From Actinomycetes bacterium (GTDB lineage Bacteria; Actinomycetota; Actinomycetes; Propionibacteriales; Propionibacteriaceae): a stretch of DNA of 64,000 nt. The stretch lies in assembly GCA_021781735.1 (NCBI GenBank), contig JAJXWF010000001.1, positions 3,403 through 67,402 on the forward strand. Reading direction: 5' to 3'. A program made the position numbers and the translations under genes. Every line of letters starts with the position of its first letter. Within the stretch, counting starts at the first letter, position 1. Under the pieces are notes generated by a model. The model saw nothing but the letters and a program-made list of their open reading frames with translations, had not been told where the DNA came from and did not search any database. Shown in pieces: positions 42,715 through 56,921 of this stretch.

Positions 42715-43881
42715 CTACCCGAGGTAGCGGCGCGCGCCGGCGTACTCCACCGCGTAGGCAGCGGTCGATACCGGGATCGTCTCCACGCTTGCGCCGGTGT
42801 GCGGTGACTGGACCATGAGTCCGCTGCCCGCGTACATCGAGACGTGGTGGACGTATCCGTCGGACGCGTAGAAGAGCAGGTCGCCGGGTCGAAGGGCGCT
42901 CGCCGCGACAGGGGTGCCCCGAGCCGCCTGGGCGTCGGCGTCCCGCGGGATGGTGGCTCCGTGGACCCGGTAGACGAGCGAGGTCAGGCCGGAGCAGTCC
43001 AATCCGAATCCCGACGTGCCCGCCCAGAGGTAGGCCAGGCCGGTGAACATCGTCGCGGAGCGGACGAGGTCGCTGCCGGTGCCGGGGAGTGCCGGCACAT
43101 CCGGCGCCGTGACCGACACCTGGTCCGCGGCCACCCGCAGCACCCGCCCCGAGGGCGTGGCCACCCGCTCCCACGCGCCGGACGCCCCGACCCGCGGCAG
43201 CCGGGTGCCGAAGCTCACCTCGACGACAGCGGCCGCCAAGCCGTCGTCGGTGCGCAGCCAGGCGGTGGCCGTGGTGACCGTGGCGCTGACCGACGAGGCT
43301 GTGGGCGGCGTCGCGGTGAGCTGGCCGATGGGCACCCACCCCGGATACCCACGCGCGTCGAGCGGCGTCGGCTGGTCGGGGACGACGACCTTGACCCAGG
43401 TGCCGCTGCGCGCCGTGACGACGACCCGCTCCCCGAGCAGCGCCTGGGTGTCTGCCCGGCCGCTCAGCCCAAGACGATCCGACAGTGTCATCGCCGACAA
43501 CCACTGCCGGATGGCCGCCGGGTTGCGCAGGGCCGGCCGGTCGACGTCCCGGGGCGAGGACGGGCTCCGCCAGACTGTGGCGACGGACACGGTGACCCAC
43601 GCGGCGCGGCCGACCTGCGGCTCGACGGGCGTGGGGAGCACCGTGGGGATCGCGCTGCTGGCCGCGCTGGTCGGCGTCCCGCTCGAGGTGGAACTCGGGC
43701 TCGGAGTGGGACTCGGGCTCGGGGTGGAACTCGAGCTCGGGGTGGAACTCCCGCTCGAGGTGGAACTCGGGCTCGGGGTGGACCAGCCCATGGACGGCTG
43801 GGCGCCGGAACCACTGCCGGCGCACGCGCCGAGGACGCCGGCCGTGAGGAGGAGTGCCGCAATCGTCCGCAACGACCGCAT
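42715..43881 (-). CDS. NlpC/P60 (C40) cell-wall peptidase lipoprotein with SH3-like domains
   Basis: Lipobox LLTAGVLGAC, a Ser/Pro/Thr-rich linker, and the catalytic region GLDCSGLTSLVY..YVHHVSMYAG. Confidence 0.85.
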   Translation of the reverse strand: MRSLRTIAALLLTAGVLGACAGSGSGAQPSMGWSTPSPSSTSSGSSTPSSSSTPSPSPTPSPSSTSSGTPTSAASSAIPTVLPTPVEPQVGRAAWVTVSVATVWRSPSSPRDVDRPALRNPAAIRQWLSAMTLSDRLGLSGRADTQALLGERVVVTARSGTWVKVVVPDQPTPLDARGYPGWVPIGQLTATPPTASSVSATVTTATAWLRTDDGLAAAVVEVSFGTRLPRVGASGAWERVATPSGRVLRVAADQVSVTAPDVPALPGTGSDLVRSATMFTGLAYLWAGTSGFGLDCSGLTSLVYRVHGATIPRDADAQAARGTPVAASALRPGDLLFYASDGYVHHVSMYAGSGLMVQSPHTGASVETIPVSTAAYAVEYAGARRYLG

Positions 43882-43979
43882 GACCTCATTGTCCTGCCCG
43901 GGGGGTCTCCCGGGGGGCAGGACGCCGGTCGGCCCCCAGTCGGCCCGGGGGCCACTCGACGCTGCCGCCCGCCGCAACC

Positions 43980-44546
43980 TCAGGACAGGCCCAGGGCCTC
44001 CAGACCCACCGCGAAGCGGTACGGGAGCCCGGCGGCGGCCACCGCCTCCGCGGCGCCCGTGGAACGGTCGACCACGACCGCGACACCGATGACCTCGCCA
44101 CCCGCCTCGCGGACCGCCTCGACAGCGGTCAGTGCCGATCCTCCCGTGGTCGAGGTGTCCTCGACCACCAGGACGCGGCGCCCGGCGACGTCGGTGCCCT
44201 CGATCCGACGCTGCATGCCGTGGGCCTTCTCGGCCTTGCGGACGACGAACGCGTCGATGCGTCCGCCCGCGGCAGCGCGGGCGTGCAACATGGCGGTCGC
44301 GACGGGGTCGGCACCCAGGGTGAGGCCCCCGACCGCGTCGAAGTCCCAGTCAGCGACGAGATCGTTCATCACCCGGCCGACGATCGGGGAGGCGTGCCCG
44401 TCGAGTGTCACCCGGCGCATGTCGACGTAGTAGTCGGCCTGCTTGCCACTGGCCAGGGTCACGCGGCCGTGCACGATGGCCAGTCGCTTGATCTGCTCGA
44501 CCAGCTCGTCGTGGTCGGCCGGGCGGTCCCCGTTCGTTGAAGTCAT
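43980..44546 (-). CDS. pyrE: Orotate phosphoribosyltransferase
   Basis: LASGKQADYYVDMR and the PRPP motif VLVVEDTSTTGGS. ATG at 44546 with a GGGGAG ribosome-binding site. Confidence 0.9.
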   Translation of the reverse strand: MTSTNGDRPADHDELVEQIKRLAIVHGRVTLASGKQADYYVDMRRVTLDGHASPIVGRVMNDLVADWDFDAVGGLTLGADPVATAMLHARAAAGGRIDAFVVRKAEKAHGMQRRIEGTDVAGRRVLVVEDTSTTGGSALTAVEAVREAGGEVIGVAVVVDRSTGAAEAVAAAGLPYRFAVGLEALGLS

Positions 44547-44606
44547 CGTCTCCCCTGTCCCTTGAACCGTCAGTGCCCGGCGCACGTGGCCGGCGTCCCG
44601 AGCACC

Positions 44607-46130
44607 CTACCGCCGCAGGCCGCGCCCGCCGTCCGCGAGTTCCTGGAGCCGGGGGAACAGGTCGCTCAGCCGGTCGTACAGCTCGCCCTGCACCGACCCG
44701 ATGGCCGCGTAGTGTTCGACGAGGTCGGGATCGGGTTCGGTGATGTCCCCGGACGCCGCCATCGCCCGCGCCGTCGCGGCCACGTCGGTGCCGGTGACCG
44801 CAGCCATGCCCATGGCCGCCGCGCCGAGCGCGGAGATCTCTTCCGCGGCGCAGGTCTCCAGCGGGACCCCCAGGCATGCGGCGAGGATGGACCGCCACAG
44901 TGGGGAACGTTGTCCCCCGCCCATGATCCGCAGCGTCGTCACCGGGGTTCCCGTATCGGTTTCCAGCGCTCGCATGTTCCTGGCGGCCTCGAGGGAGATC
45001 CCCTCGAGCACCGAGCGGTACATCGCCGCGCGCGTGTGCGAGCCGGTGAAGCCCACCATGGCCCCACGCGCCCGCGGGTCCCAGTGCGGGGACTGCACCG
45101 CGTTCCAGTACGGCAGGGTCACCAGGCCATCGCTGCCTGCGGGCACCTCGGACGCGGCCTGCTCCAACCCCGCGTCCGGCGCGCCCCGCAAGGCCGGATC
45201 GCCCAGCTCGGTGCGGAACCATCCCGTCAGGTGAGCCCCGGAGTTCTGGACGACCTCCAGCACGTACTGCCCCGGCAGCCCCGCCGCATCCGTCCGGTAG
45301 GAGCGTCCCCACTGGTACTCGGCGGAGTGCACACCGGCCACCACCGCGGTGCCGAGATTCAGGTACCCCTCGTCGGGCCGGGTGACGCCGGCCCCCAACC
45401 CTGCCGCCTGACCGTCGCCGCAGCCGGCCACCACGGGGATCGGCCCCGGGAGGCCCCATCCCCGGGCCACGCCCCCGCGCACCTCACCCAGCACGCCGGC
45501 GGCATCCCCGAGTTCGGGCAGTTGGTCACGCCGGACGCCCGCCAGTTCGAGAAGTTCGTCGGCCCAGGTGAGGCCCGCCATGTCGAACAGTCCCAGGCTG
45601 TCGGCCGTGGCCCGGGAGTCGATCCAGTCGCCCGTCAACGCGTGGACGAGATAGGCGTGCACCCCCGCCACGCGATCGGCGCCCCCCAGCACGTCCGGCT
45701 CGTGCTGGGCCAGCCACGCCAACTTGTACAACGAGGGCGTGACGTCGGGCACCATCCCCGACAGCTCATGGACACGGTCGCTTCCCAACCGCAGCACCTG
45801 GTCCCCGGCCCGAGCGTCGAGCCACAGGATCGCTCGGCGCCGCGGCGCCCCGTCGTCGTCGCACAGCACGAACGTCTGCCGCTGAGGGGTGATGCAGATC
45901 CCGGCCACGCGGCGTCGATCCGCATCGGACAGGCACGCGACCGCCGCGCCGATCGCCGAGTGGGACGCCGCCACCCAGTCCTCGGCGTCCTGCTCGTAGA
46001 AACCCTGCGCCGGCGTGGCCAGACCGTAGGTCGCACGACCCTGGGCAACGGTGCGGCCCTGCGGGTCGACGACGATCGCCTTCGTCGCCGTGGTCGACGA
46101 GTCGACCGCCAGGATCAACGGATCATCCAT
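44607..46130 (-). CDS. FGGY-family carbohydrate kinase (xylulokinase-like)
   Basis: LILAVDSSTTATKAIVVD.., GTAVVAG.., MGGGQRSPLW are FGGY N- and C-domain motifs. Confidence 0.85.
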   Translation of the reverse strand: MDDPLILAVDSSTTATKAIVVDPQGRTVAQGRATYGLATPAQGFYEQDAEDWVAASHSAIGAAVACLSDADRRRVAGICITPQRQTFVLCDDDGAPRRRAILWLDARAGDQVLRLGSDRVHELSGMVPDVTPSLYKLAWLAQHEPDVLGGADRVAGVHAYLVHALTGDWIDSRATADSLGLFDMAGLTWADELLELAGVRRDQLPELGDAAGVLGEVRGGVARGWGLPGPIPVVAGCGDGQAAGLGAGVTRPDEGYLNLGTAVVAGVHSAEYQWGRSYRTDAAGLPGQYVLEVVQNSGAHLTGWFRTELGDPALRGAPDAGLEQAASEVPAGSDGLVTLPYWNAVQSPHWDPRARGAMVGFTGSHTRAAMYRSVLEGISLEAARNMRALETDTGTPVTTLRIMGGGQRSPLWRSILAACLGVPLETCAAEEISALGAAAMGMAAVTGTDVAATARAMAASGDITEPDPDLVEHYAAIGSVQGELYDRLSDLFPRLQELADGGRGLRR

Positions 46131-46222
46131 CAGAACCGACCTCCTCCGGAACCACCTGCATGCACGTCATCCTTGCGTCCCTGTCGGCACTCGTCGAACG
46201 ACGCTCCCGACCAGTGGTCACG

Positions 46223-47032
46223 TCACCGGAACGCGGTCGCCCCGTCCGGGGGCGGAGGAGACGCCTCAGCGTTCGCATCCTCGAGGGGGGCCGCCCCCGC
46301 GACCAGCCGATCGACGCCCGGACCGAGGCTCACCCGGAATGGGAACGCGGCACCTGCCGCGCGGCGCGCGAGCGCGTCCCAATCGAGCGTGGTGTCCCCG
46401 GTGGCGACGACGACGATGTTGCCGAACCGGCGTCCCTTGAGGGTCGCGGACTCGGCCATCAGGCCGATGGTGGCGAACGACCGTTGGGCACCGGCGAGCA
46501 ACCGGCGTGTCCACGTGAGCGGAGCGCTGTCGGTGACGTTCAGCACGACCGTCCCAGCGCCGGTGAGCACCCGCCGGTATTCGGCGAAGGCCTCGACCGT
46601 GGCCAGCTCCCCCGGAACCCGGGCCCCGGCGAACGCGTCGATGATCAGCAGGTCGCAGTAGCCGTCGGGCATGCCGGCGAGCCCCGTGCGCCCGTCCTGG
46701 GGACGCACCTTGATCCCGGACCTCGGCGGCAGGGGTGCCCTGAGGCGAACCTCGGCGGTGAGCTCCTCGTCGGGTTCGAGCACCACCTGGGCGCTGGTGG
46801 GGCGGGTGTGCGCCACGTAACGCGGCAGGCTGAGGCCACCTCCGCCCACATGAACCGCCCGGATCCGCTCGTTGACCGGCGCGACCACGTCGATGACGTC
46901 AGCGATACGTTGCACGTAGTCGAACTCGAGATGGGTGGGATCGTCGGGGTCGACCCACGACTGGTCGGTGTCCCCGATCCGCACCACCCACGCGCCGCGG
47001 TGGTGCGGATCGGGAACCAGACGCTCGACCAC
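46223..47032 (-). CDS. Spermidine-synthase-like (class I methyltransferase-fold) protein
   Basis: RAVHVGGGGLSLPRY.., LLIIDAFAG.. The GTG start follows directly after the icd stop codon. Confidence 0.65.
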   Translation of the reverse strand: MVERLVPDPHHRGAWVVRIGDTDQSWVDPDDPTHLEFDYVQRIADVIDVVAPVNERIRAVHVGGGGLSLPRYVAHTRPTSAQVVLEPDEELTAEVRLRAPLPPRSGIKVRPQDGRTGLAGMPDGYCDLLIIDAFAGARVPGELATVEAFAEYRRVLTGAGTVVLNVTDSAPLTWTRRLLAGAQRSFATIGLMAESATLKGRRFGNIVVVATGDTTLDWDALARRAAGAAFPFRVSLGPGVDRLVAGAAPLEDANAEASPPPPDGATAFR

Positions 47033-49246
<2,214 letters not shown>

Positions 49247-49352
49247 GTAGGCAGGCTCCCTCGACGGTGACGAGCGGTACGCAGTAGCGCTGTCAGACTA
49301 TCCAATCCCCACGGGGCTCCTTCCCCCCGGTGACCCGGTGGCCAGACGGCAG

Positions 49353-49388
49353 ACCTCCCGCCCGACCCCGGAGGGCGGGATGGGAGGT
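49353..49388 (-). terminator. Imperfect hairpin downstream of clpB
   Basis: TCCCGCCC-gaccccgga-GGGCGGGA with flanking extension, about 30 nt after the clpB stop. Confidence 0.35.
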
Positions 49389-49418
49389 AGTTGCCACGGA
49401 CCTGGCGAGAAACGGCGA

Positions 49419-52004
<2,586 letters not shown>

Positions 52005-52052
52005 AGTTCGTCCTGTCCTTCTCCGCCCCGATGTCGGGGAACCATCTCAAAG

Positions 52053-52071
52053 TTGAGTCTAATCCACTCAA
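52053..52071. promoter_or_regulatory. HAIR (HspR-associated inverted repeat) operator upstream of clpB
   Basis: gTTGAGT-ctaatcc-ACTCAAc compared with the consensus CTTGAGT-N7-ACTCAAG, 49 nt upstream of the clpB start codon. Confidence 0.7.
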
Positions 52072-52133
52072 CCTTGATCGGACGGCGACTATTCCGTTCC
52101 CACCTGCGGCCACTTCGCGCCATCGGCGCCCGC

Positions 52134-53480
52134 CTACCGCGCGGGGACGACCGGTTGGACCGTGCTCCGAAGGTCCCAGAGCTGGGCTCCGCGGGGGGCC
52201 TCGACCCGCCACGGCGGCGCCGCGAGGGGATAGACGCGGGTGGTGAAGGAGCGCCCGCGGCTCGTGAACACCTCGATCACCGACCCGTCGACGAACACGC
52301 GGACACCGGGACGCTCCGACGAGGGGTCGAAGGCGTCCGTGGCGACGGCACGGCCCCGGTGGGCACGGGCATCGGAGCTGGCCGCATCCCGATCCACCTC
52401 CACGGTGTCGGCGGCCTGGTCGAGGTGGATTTCGACGTGCTCCTCGTCGCCGAACCGCAGCCGCAGCGTGCCGGTGCAGGCAGGAACGAGGATCTCGGCC
52501 TGGCCCCGGATCTGCGCACCGTCGGCAGGTCGGGCTGCGCCGATCCGCAGCGCCTCGAGGTCGGGGTGCGGCTCGGTGGCCAGCCGATCTCCGTCCAGCC
52601 AGGCCCGCCGCGGCAGCGAGATGGCCCCGGCCCACCCGGCGGCGCGCCACCACCCGGCCTCGCGACCCTCGGTGATCCAGCCGAACAGCAGCGGTCCCCG
52701 TGAACCGTCCCGCATCGCCGACGCCGCATAGAAGTTATGGCCGTGATCGACCCGATGCGGCTCCGGCGTCCCGCCGACCGGAAAGGCGAGCACCTCGCAA
52801 GGGCCTCCGTCGTGCGACCACGCGGACACCACCGCCACCGGGACGCCGCCGACGGCAAGGATCTGCGGGCACTCCCAGCCCTCACCGGTGTCCTCTCCCC
52901 GCAGCGTCGTGCGGGGCAGCGCGGCCAGGTAGCCGGCGTAGGTCCACCGGATGCCGTCGTCGGAGCAGTACTGGCGGATGGACGCCGTCCCGTCGGCTCC
53001 GGCGGCACCCACCGCCATCCGCCACTCGTCGCCCTCCCGCCAGACGAAGGGATCGCGGAACATCGTGATCCCTTCGTCTGGGGTCGGATCGTCGACCACC
53101 TGCCGTGGCGCCCCGAAGGTGCCCGCGCGACGGTCGAACACGGCGAGCAGCACCGACTGATGAATGTTCGAGTCGAGCTTGCCCGAGTAGTAGGCCCGCA
53201 CCTCGTCCCCGGCGACGACCGTGTTGCCCGACCAGCACCCGTCGGAGTCGGGCCCTCCGGGAACCGGGCTCAGGGCGGGTCGATGGAGCGTCCAGTGCAC
53301 GAGGTCGGCGCTCGTCGCATGCCCCCACTCGACCGGTTGGGACCTGTCGATGGTCGAGCGGGACTGGAAGAACATGTGCACCGTTCCGTCCAGTTCGATC
53401 GGCCCGTTCGGGTCGTTGAGGAATCCGCGCGGCAGGCGGATGTGGTACTGCGGGATGTGGTGGCCGAGGTTGTCGGGCAT
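52134..53480 (-). CDS. GH32 beta-fructofuranosidase / sucrose-6-phosphate hydrolase-like enzyme
   Basis: FLNDPNG (nucleophile motif), WGHATSADLVHW, FRDPFVW (RDP) and WECPQI (EC motif). No signal peptide. Confidence 0.9.
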   Translation of the reverse strand: MPDNLGHHIPQYHIRLPRGFLNDPNGPIELDGTVHMFFQSRSTIDRSQPVEWGHATSADLVHWTLHRPALSPVPGGPDSDGCWSGNTVVAGDEVRAYYSGKLDSNIHQSVLLAVFDRRAGTFGAPRQVVDDPTPDEGITMFRDPFVWREGDEWRMAVGAAGADGTASIRQYCSDDGIRWTYAGYLAALPRTTLRGEDTGEGWECPQILAVGGVPVAVVSAWSHDGGPCEVLAFPVGGTPEPHRVDHGHNFYAASAMRDGSRGPLLFGWITEGREAGWWRAAGWAGAISLPRRAWLDGDRLATEPHPDLEALRIGAARPADGAQIRGQAEILVPACTGTLRLRFGDEEHVEIHLDQAADTVEVDRDAASSDARAHRGRAVATDAFDPSSERPGVRVFVDGSVIEVFTSRGRSFTTRVYPLAAPPWRVEAPRGAQLWDLRSTVQPVVPAR

Positions 53481-53584
53481 GTCGGCGGAGATCCTCTCGT
53501 GATGCTCGGACGCGCGCTCGCGGCGCCGCTGGGATGGGGATGATCGGCGGGGACGCCGCGCGGGGAGGCGAGGCGGGGTGCCGC

Positions 53585-54436
53585 TCAGCGGAAGGAGCCG
53601 GCGGTGATGCCTGCGATGAAGTACCGCTGAGCCACGATGAACAGCACCACGCTGGGGATCATCGCGAGGATGACGCCGGCCAGCACCACCGAGATGGAGC
53701 CGGTCCCGAGGTTGCCCTGCAGGCCGACCAGGCCGAGGGGCAGGGTGAAGTTGTTCTGGGACTGCAGGAAGATCAGCGGCCGGTAGAACTCCGCCCAGAA
53801 CCCCGAGAAGTTCAGGATGGCCAGGGTGGCGATGGCCGGGGCCGCCATCCGGGCGTAGACCATGTAGAACACCTTGAAGCGGGAGGCACCGTCGACCCGG
53901 GCCGCCTCACCGAGTTCCACGGGCATCTGCATGAAGTACTGGCGCATGAGGAACGTGCCGAAGGCACTTCCGAGCGCCGGGATGATCAGCGAGCCCAGAC
54001 TGTCCGACAGGCCAAGATTCTTCACGATGACGAACACGGGGATGATGATCGTCTGCAACGGCACCATCATCGTGGCCAGGAACACCCCGAAGACGATGTT
54101 CTTCCCCGGGAAGCGCACCATGGCGAAGGCGTATCCCGACAGGGTGCAGGTGATCGTCTGACCGACGACGATGAGGCCGGTGACGATCGTGCTGTTGACG
54201 AAGAACGTGCCGATGGGGATCTGGTCGAACACCGCGGAGTAGTTGCTGAAGTCGGCGTGCAGCGGGATCCACTGCGGCGGGTTGGTGAAGGCCTCCGCCG
54301 GGGTGCGCAGCGAAGTCGTGATGGTCCACAGGAGCGGGCCGAGCGCGAACATCGCGGCGATGATGAGCAGGACGACGCCGACGACTTCGGCGAGCTTGAC
54401 CGCTGGACGGCGGCGGGCGGCAATGGTGACGCTCAC
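53585..54436 (-). CDS. ABC sugar transporter permease (MalG-like)
   Basis: EAA loop GEAARVDGASRFKVFYMVYARM. Its GTG start overlaps the upstream permease stop (GTGA). Confidence 0.85.
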   Translation of the reverse strand: MSVTIAARRRPAVKLAEVVGVVLLIIAAMFALGPLLWTITTSLRTPAEAFTNPPQWIPLHADFSNYSAVFDQIPIGTFFVNSTIVTGLIVVGQTITCTLSGYAFAMVRFPGKNIVFGVFLATMMVPLQTIIIPVFVIVKNLGLSDSLGSLIIPALGSAFGTFLMRQYFMQMPVELGEAARVDGASRFKVFYMVYARMAAPAIATLAILNFSGFWAEFYRPLIFLQSQNNFTLPLGLVGLQGNLGTGSISVVLAGVILAMIPSVVLFIVAQRYFIAGITAGSFR

Positions 54437-55389
54437 TGGTAGAACACCAACTTCCGGGCGGCGAGGAACTGAAGTCCCGTGATGGCGAGAATGATGAGCA
54501 GCAGAACGATCGCGATCGTCGAGGCGTACCCGAACTGGAGGTTCTGGAACCCCGTCTGGTACATGACGATCGTGGCCGTGGTGGTGGAGGTGCCCGGACC
54601 GCCCTTGGTCATGATGTAGGGCTGGTCGAACAACTGGAGGGCGTTGATCATCGCCACGACGGTTGCGAACAGGATCGTCGGGCTGATCAGGGGAATCTTC
54701 ACCTGGAACAGGGTTCGCACGGCGCTCGCGCCGTCGATGGAGGCGGCCTCGAGCACCTCCGACGGCACCGAGGTGAGAGCCGCGACGAACAGTACGAAGG
54801 TGAACCCGACCTGCTGCCAGACCACGATGAGGATGATCGAGATCATCGATCCCCACGTCGTGGTGAGCCACGGGACCTTGGTCAGCCCGACCAGGGACAG
54901 GTAGTAGTTGATGACGCCGTACTTCGCGTCGAACATGTACCCCATGAAGATCGACACCGCGGCGGTCGAGGCCAGCAGCGGCAAGTAGAACACGGTGCGG
55001 AAGGTCGTCTTCGCCCACGCGCTCCTGCGCTGGTTCACCAGCACCGCGAGGAACATGCCGAGGGACAGCTGCAGCGCGACGATACCCACGGCGAGGATCA
55101 CCGTGACGCCGAAGGAGTGCAGCGTGGGTCCGTCGTGGATGAGCCGCTGGAAGTTCGCCAGGCCGACGAACCTGGGGGACGAGATGACGTCCCACTTGAA
55201 CAGTGACAGCCCGAGCGAGGCGATGATCGGAAACAGGGTGAACACCGCGACGAACACCACCGCCAGCGAGATCATCAGGTAGCCGAACAGCCCTTCCTTC
55301 CTGGCCTCCCGCCGCACGCCGGGGCGGCGGTGGGAGGCCAGGGGGAGGGTCGCCCGCGAGGCTTCGCGAACGCCTGGTTGAGTGGTCAT
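54433..55389 (-). CDS. ABC sugar transporter permease (MalF-like)
   Basis: EAA loop LEAASIDGASAVRTLFQVKIPL. Its ATG at 55389 overlaps the binding-protein stop (ATGA). Confidence 0.85.
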   Translation of the reverse strand: MTTQPGVREASRATLPLASHRRPGVRREARKEGLFGYLMISLAVVFVAVFTLFPIIASLGLSLFKWDVISSPRFVGLANFQRLIHDGPTLHSFGVTVILAVGIVALQLSLGMFLAVLVNQRRSAWAKTTFRTVFYLPLLASTAAVSIFMGYMFDAKYGVINYYLSLVGLTKVPWLTTTWGSMISIILIVVWQQVGFTFVLFVAALTSVPSEVLEAASIDGASAVRTLFQVKIPLISPTILFATVVAMINALQLFDQPYIMTKGGPGTSTTTATIVMYQTGFQNLQFGYASTIAIVLLLIILAITGLQFLAARKLVFYQ

Positions 55390-56789
55390 CACGCCCCCGC
55401 GGCAGCCTTCTCGAAATCGGACTGCATGCCGTCGAGGGCAGCCTTGGCGTTCCCTGACGAGATCGCCTGCGTGGTCCGTTGATTCAGCGACGTCGCCAGG
55501 GCGTTGTAGTAGGGCGGGGCCGAGATCGGGACGGACCCGTTGAGCTGGTCGTAGAACACCTGCCAGTTCTTCGGCCCGGTCGTTGCGTACCGCTCGGCGG
55601 TCATCAGCGACTTGCGCCCCGGCGTGGTGACGTTGCCGGGGAAGATGACGTCGAAGCTCTCGGGCTGGACCATGAGCTTGAGGATCTCCCAGGCGAGATC
55701 CTGGTTCTTCGACGACTTGAAGATGCCGTAGCCCCCCGCACCGAACAGGGACTTGTTGCTCTTCCAGGTCGGGAACATCTGCACGTTGAAGCTGCCGTCC
55801 TTCATGCCGGCGTTGTGCAGGCCACCCGCCCAGAAGCCGCCACCGATCGTCATCCCGATGCGGTTCGAGGCGAACAGGCCCTGGAGCGTGCCGCCGCCGC
55901 CGACATCGGGTGAGGGCGAGAGCCCGGACTTCTGGAGATCGATGACATATTGCAGCGCTTCGATGGACGCCGCCGAGTTGGCGGTCGGCGTGCCCCACTT
56001 CCAGCCGCCGGCGCGGCCCGCCGCCGCGGTCGGGTTGTTCTTGTAGGCGGACTTCCACAGCCAGTCGCCACCGGGATACTTGCCCTCCTCGAGCAGGTTG
56101 CCGTTGTTCGCGTACAGGAACGACGTCCAGCTGCCCCACAGGCGCACTACCCAGTCGAAGGCGTTGATGTTGTTGCTGACCTTGGCGATCTTGCTGGCGT
56201 TGGTGTGGAAGTCGTCCATGGTCCAGGTCGCCGACGGTTCGCTGAGGCCCGCCTTGTTGTACAGGTCGGTGCTGTAGAACAGGCTGCCCGCGTTGAAGCT
56301 GTCAGGCAGCTCCCACAGGTGGCCCTGGTACATCATCGACTCAATGAGCGCCGGGTGGATGTCGTCGAAGTAGCTCTGCAGCGACGACAGGTCCTTGGTC
56401 ACGTAGCTGTCGAGCGGGATGACCAGGTCCTTGGATGCCATGAGCTGCAGGCCCTCGGTCGCGACGCTCACGATGTCGGGCGTCGACCCCGACGCGATCT
56501 GGGTGAGGATCTTCGCAATGAAGTCGTTCCAGTCGGTGCCGTTGATGCCGGTCACCTTGAAGGTCGCGGTCTTGTCCAGCTTGGTGATCTGCGGCTGCAG
56601 CGCGTTCTGCAAGGCCGTGGCCGAGCTCTGCTGCCCGAAGTACAGCATGTTGATCGTCTTGGACCCCGAGCCGCCGCTGTTCGACGACCCGCATCCGGCG
56701 AGCGCGCCGAGACCCACGGACGCCAGCCCGGCACCTCCACCGAGTTTCAGCAACGTGCGGCGGTCCATCGCACCGAATCCGCTTGTCAT
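55389..56789 (-). CDS. ABC sugar transporter substrate-binding lipoprotein
   Basis: Tat/lipobox leader MDRRTLLKLGGGAGLASVGLGALAGC followed by a family-1 solute-binding domain. Confidence 0.85.
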   Translation of the reverse strand: MTSGFGAMDRRTLLKLGGGAGLASVGLGALAGCGSSNSGGSGSKTINMLYFGQQSSATALQNALQPQITKLDKTATFKVTGINGTDWNDFIAKILTQIASGSTPDIVSVATEGLQLMASKDLVIPLDSYVTKDLSSLQSYFDDIHPALIESMMYQGHLWELPDSFNAGSLFYSTDLYNKAGLSEPSATWTMDDFHTNASKIAKVSNNINAFDWVVRLWGSWTSFLYANNGNLLEEGKYPGGDWLWKSAYKNNPTAAAGRAGGWKWGTPTANSAASIEALQYVIDLQKSGLSPSPDVGGGGTLQGLFASNRIGMTIGGGFWAGGLHNAGMKDGSFNVQMFPTWKSNKSLFGAGGYGIFKSSKNQDLAWEILKLMVQPESFDVIFPGNVTTPGRKSLMTAERYATTGPKNWQVFYDQLNGSVPISAPPYYNALATSLNQRTTQAISSGNAKAALDGMQSDFEKAAAGA

Positions 56790-56829
56790 GTCCCTCTGCT
56801 CCTCTCTGAGCAGTCCGGTCGGTCACCCG

Positions 56830-56845
56830 ACCAATACGTATTGGT
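56830..56845. promoter_or_regulatory. LacI-type operator O1 (perfect 16-bp palindrome)
   Basis: ACCAATACGTATTGGT with a central CG, 41 nt upstream of the binding-protein ATG. Confidence 0.6.
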
Positions 56846-56876
56846 AGGGCATACAATACACACGTTGGAGCGGATT

Positions 56877-56891
56877 GCCAATACGTATTGC
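56877..56891. promoter_or_regulatory. LacI-type operator O2
   Basis: GCCAATACGTATTGC shares the 12-bp core CAATACGTATTG with O1 and lies about 31 nt upstream of the lacI-family gene ATG. Confidence 0.55.
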
Positions 56892-56921
56892 TAGAATTCT
56901 CGAACGACGGGGAGGCCGAGG

